Position numbers and translations under genes: made by a program. Below the pieces are notes generated by a model. It was not told the origin of the DNA. It worked only from the letters and a program-made list of their open reading frames with translations, and ran no database searches. A DNA stretch of 64,000 bases, filler included, from Stramenopiles sp. TOSAG23-2 (lineage: Eukaryota): assembly GCA_900128395.1 (NCBI GenBank). It is 35 parts of 35 records of this genome, joined end to end, with 100 filler letters (N's around TTAATTAATTAA, not from the genome) between each part and the next. Parts side by side here need not be neighbours in the genome. Positions count along the whole stretch, not along the records: positions 62,360 to 64,000 come from LT652558.1; 34 more parts are not named here. One strand, given 5' to 3'. Shown piece by piece: positions 63,602 to 64,000 of this stretch (position 1 is its first letter; every line of letters starts with the position of its first letter).

Positions 63602-64000
63602 ATGGCATCCTTAGCCACAAATGACGATGATAATATTGGTGAGGATCAGTTCAAATCACTTGGAATCACAAGGCAACGTTCTACACAACAAAAACGGGCA
63701 CCACCACCAATTAAGATTGGTATATTAGTTTTACCAGCTGGAATGGAATCTGCATGCGGGATCATGTTAAATATACTTCAATATTTAGATATTAGAGAAT
63801 TATGTAATGTGAAACGATCTTGTTTAATACAGCAGTTGAGGAAAGCATTTGGATCTGATGATTTTGAACGTGTACGTGATGTAGCATTGAGTATTGGTTA
63901 TGTAGGTAGAAGAAGTATAAATGAGATGAGACTTTCACATCCAGCGAGAAGACTTTATTTATTAATTGAAAGATATAAAAGAGAGTTTCCACGTGGTACA
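63602..64000 (+). CDS. Protein N-terminus with F-box-like motif, runs off the window (not in ORF track)
   Basis: Open frame MASLATNDDD...IMLNILQYLDIRELCNVKRSC...KREFPRGT to the window end. Confidence 0.55.
   Translation, partial: MASLATNDDDNIGEDQFKSLGITRQRSTQQKRAPPPIKIGILVLPAGMESACGIMLNILQYLDIRELCNVKRSCLIQQLRKAFGSDDFERVRDVALSIGYVGRRSINEMRLSHPARRLYLLIERYKREFPRGT

Noticed and set aside
1-64000. Apparent clustering of ER glycosylation genes (ALG2, MRH protein, STT3) or RNA-processing genes (PRP28, 2H enzyme, tRNA)
   Set aside because: Contigs are ordered by length, so adjacency across linkers is meaningless. Only ALG2 and the MRH gene share a contig.

Overview
This window is not a continuous locus. 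It is 35 unrelated contigs of about 1.72-1.74 kb, ordered by decreasing length and joined by N-TTAATTAATTAA-N linkers, so adjacency across linkers means nothing. The DNA is from a very AT-rich microbial eukaryote (probably a protist single-cell or metagenomic assembly; the taxon cannot be established here). Most contigs carry one or two partial protein genes: STT3, ALG2, PRP28/DDX23, ArfGAP, GH39, and WW, PDZ, ankyrin, SET, START, GFA and 2H-phosphoesterase proteins. Many show local duplications typical of amplification or assembly chimeras. The stand-out finding is a tRNA-Ile(UAU) gene at 27682-27962 split into four exons (8, 32, 7 and 26 nt) by three introns with spliceosomal signatures (GTAAGT/GTACGT donor, YTAAC branch point, CAG acceptor). 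Removing them exactly at GT/AG gives a fully canonical 73-nt cloverleaf. Also present: an iodothyronine-deiodinase-like selenoprotein (in-frame TGA, candidate SECIS) that the ORF track splits in two, two MITEs, two dispersed intergenic repeat families, and one GC-richer contig (MBD+KH protein) that is probably foreign.
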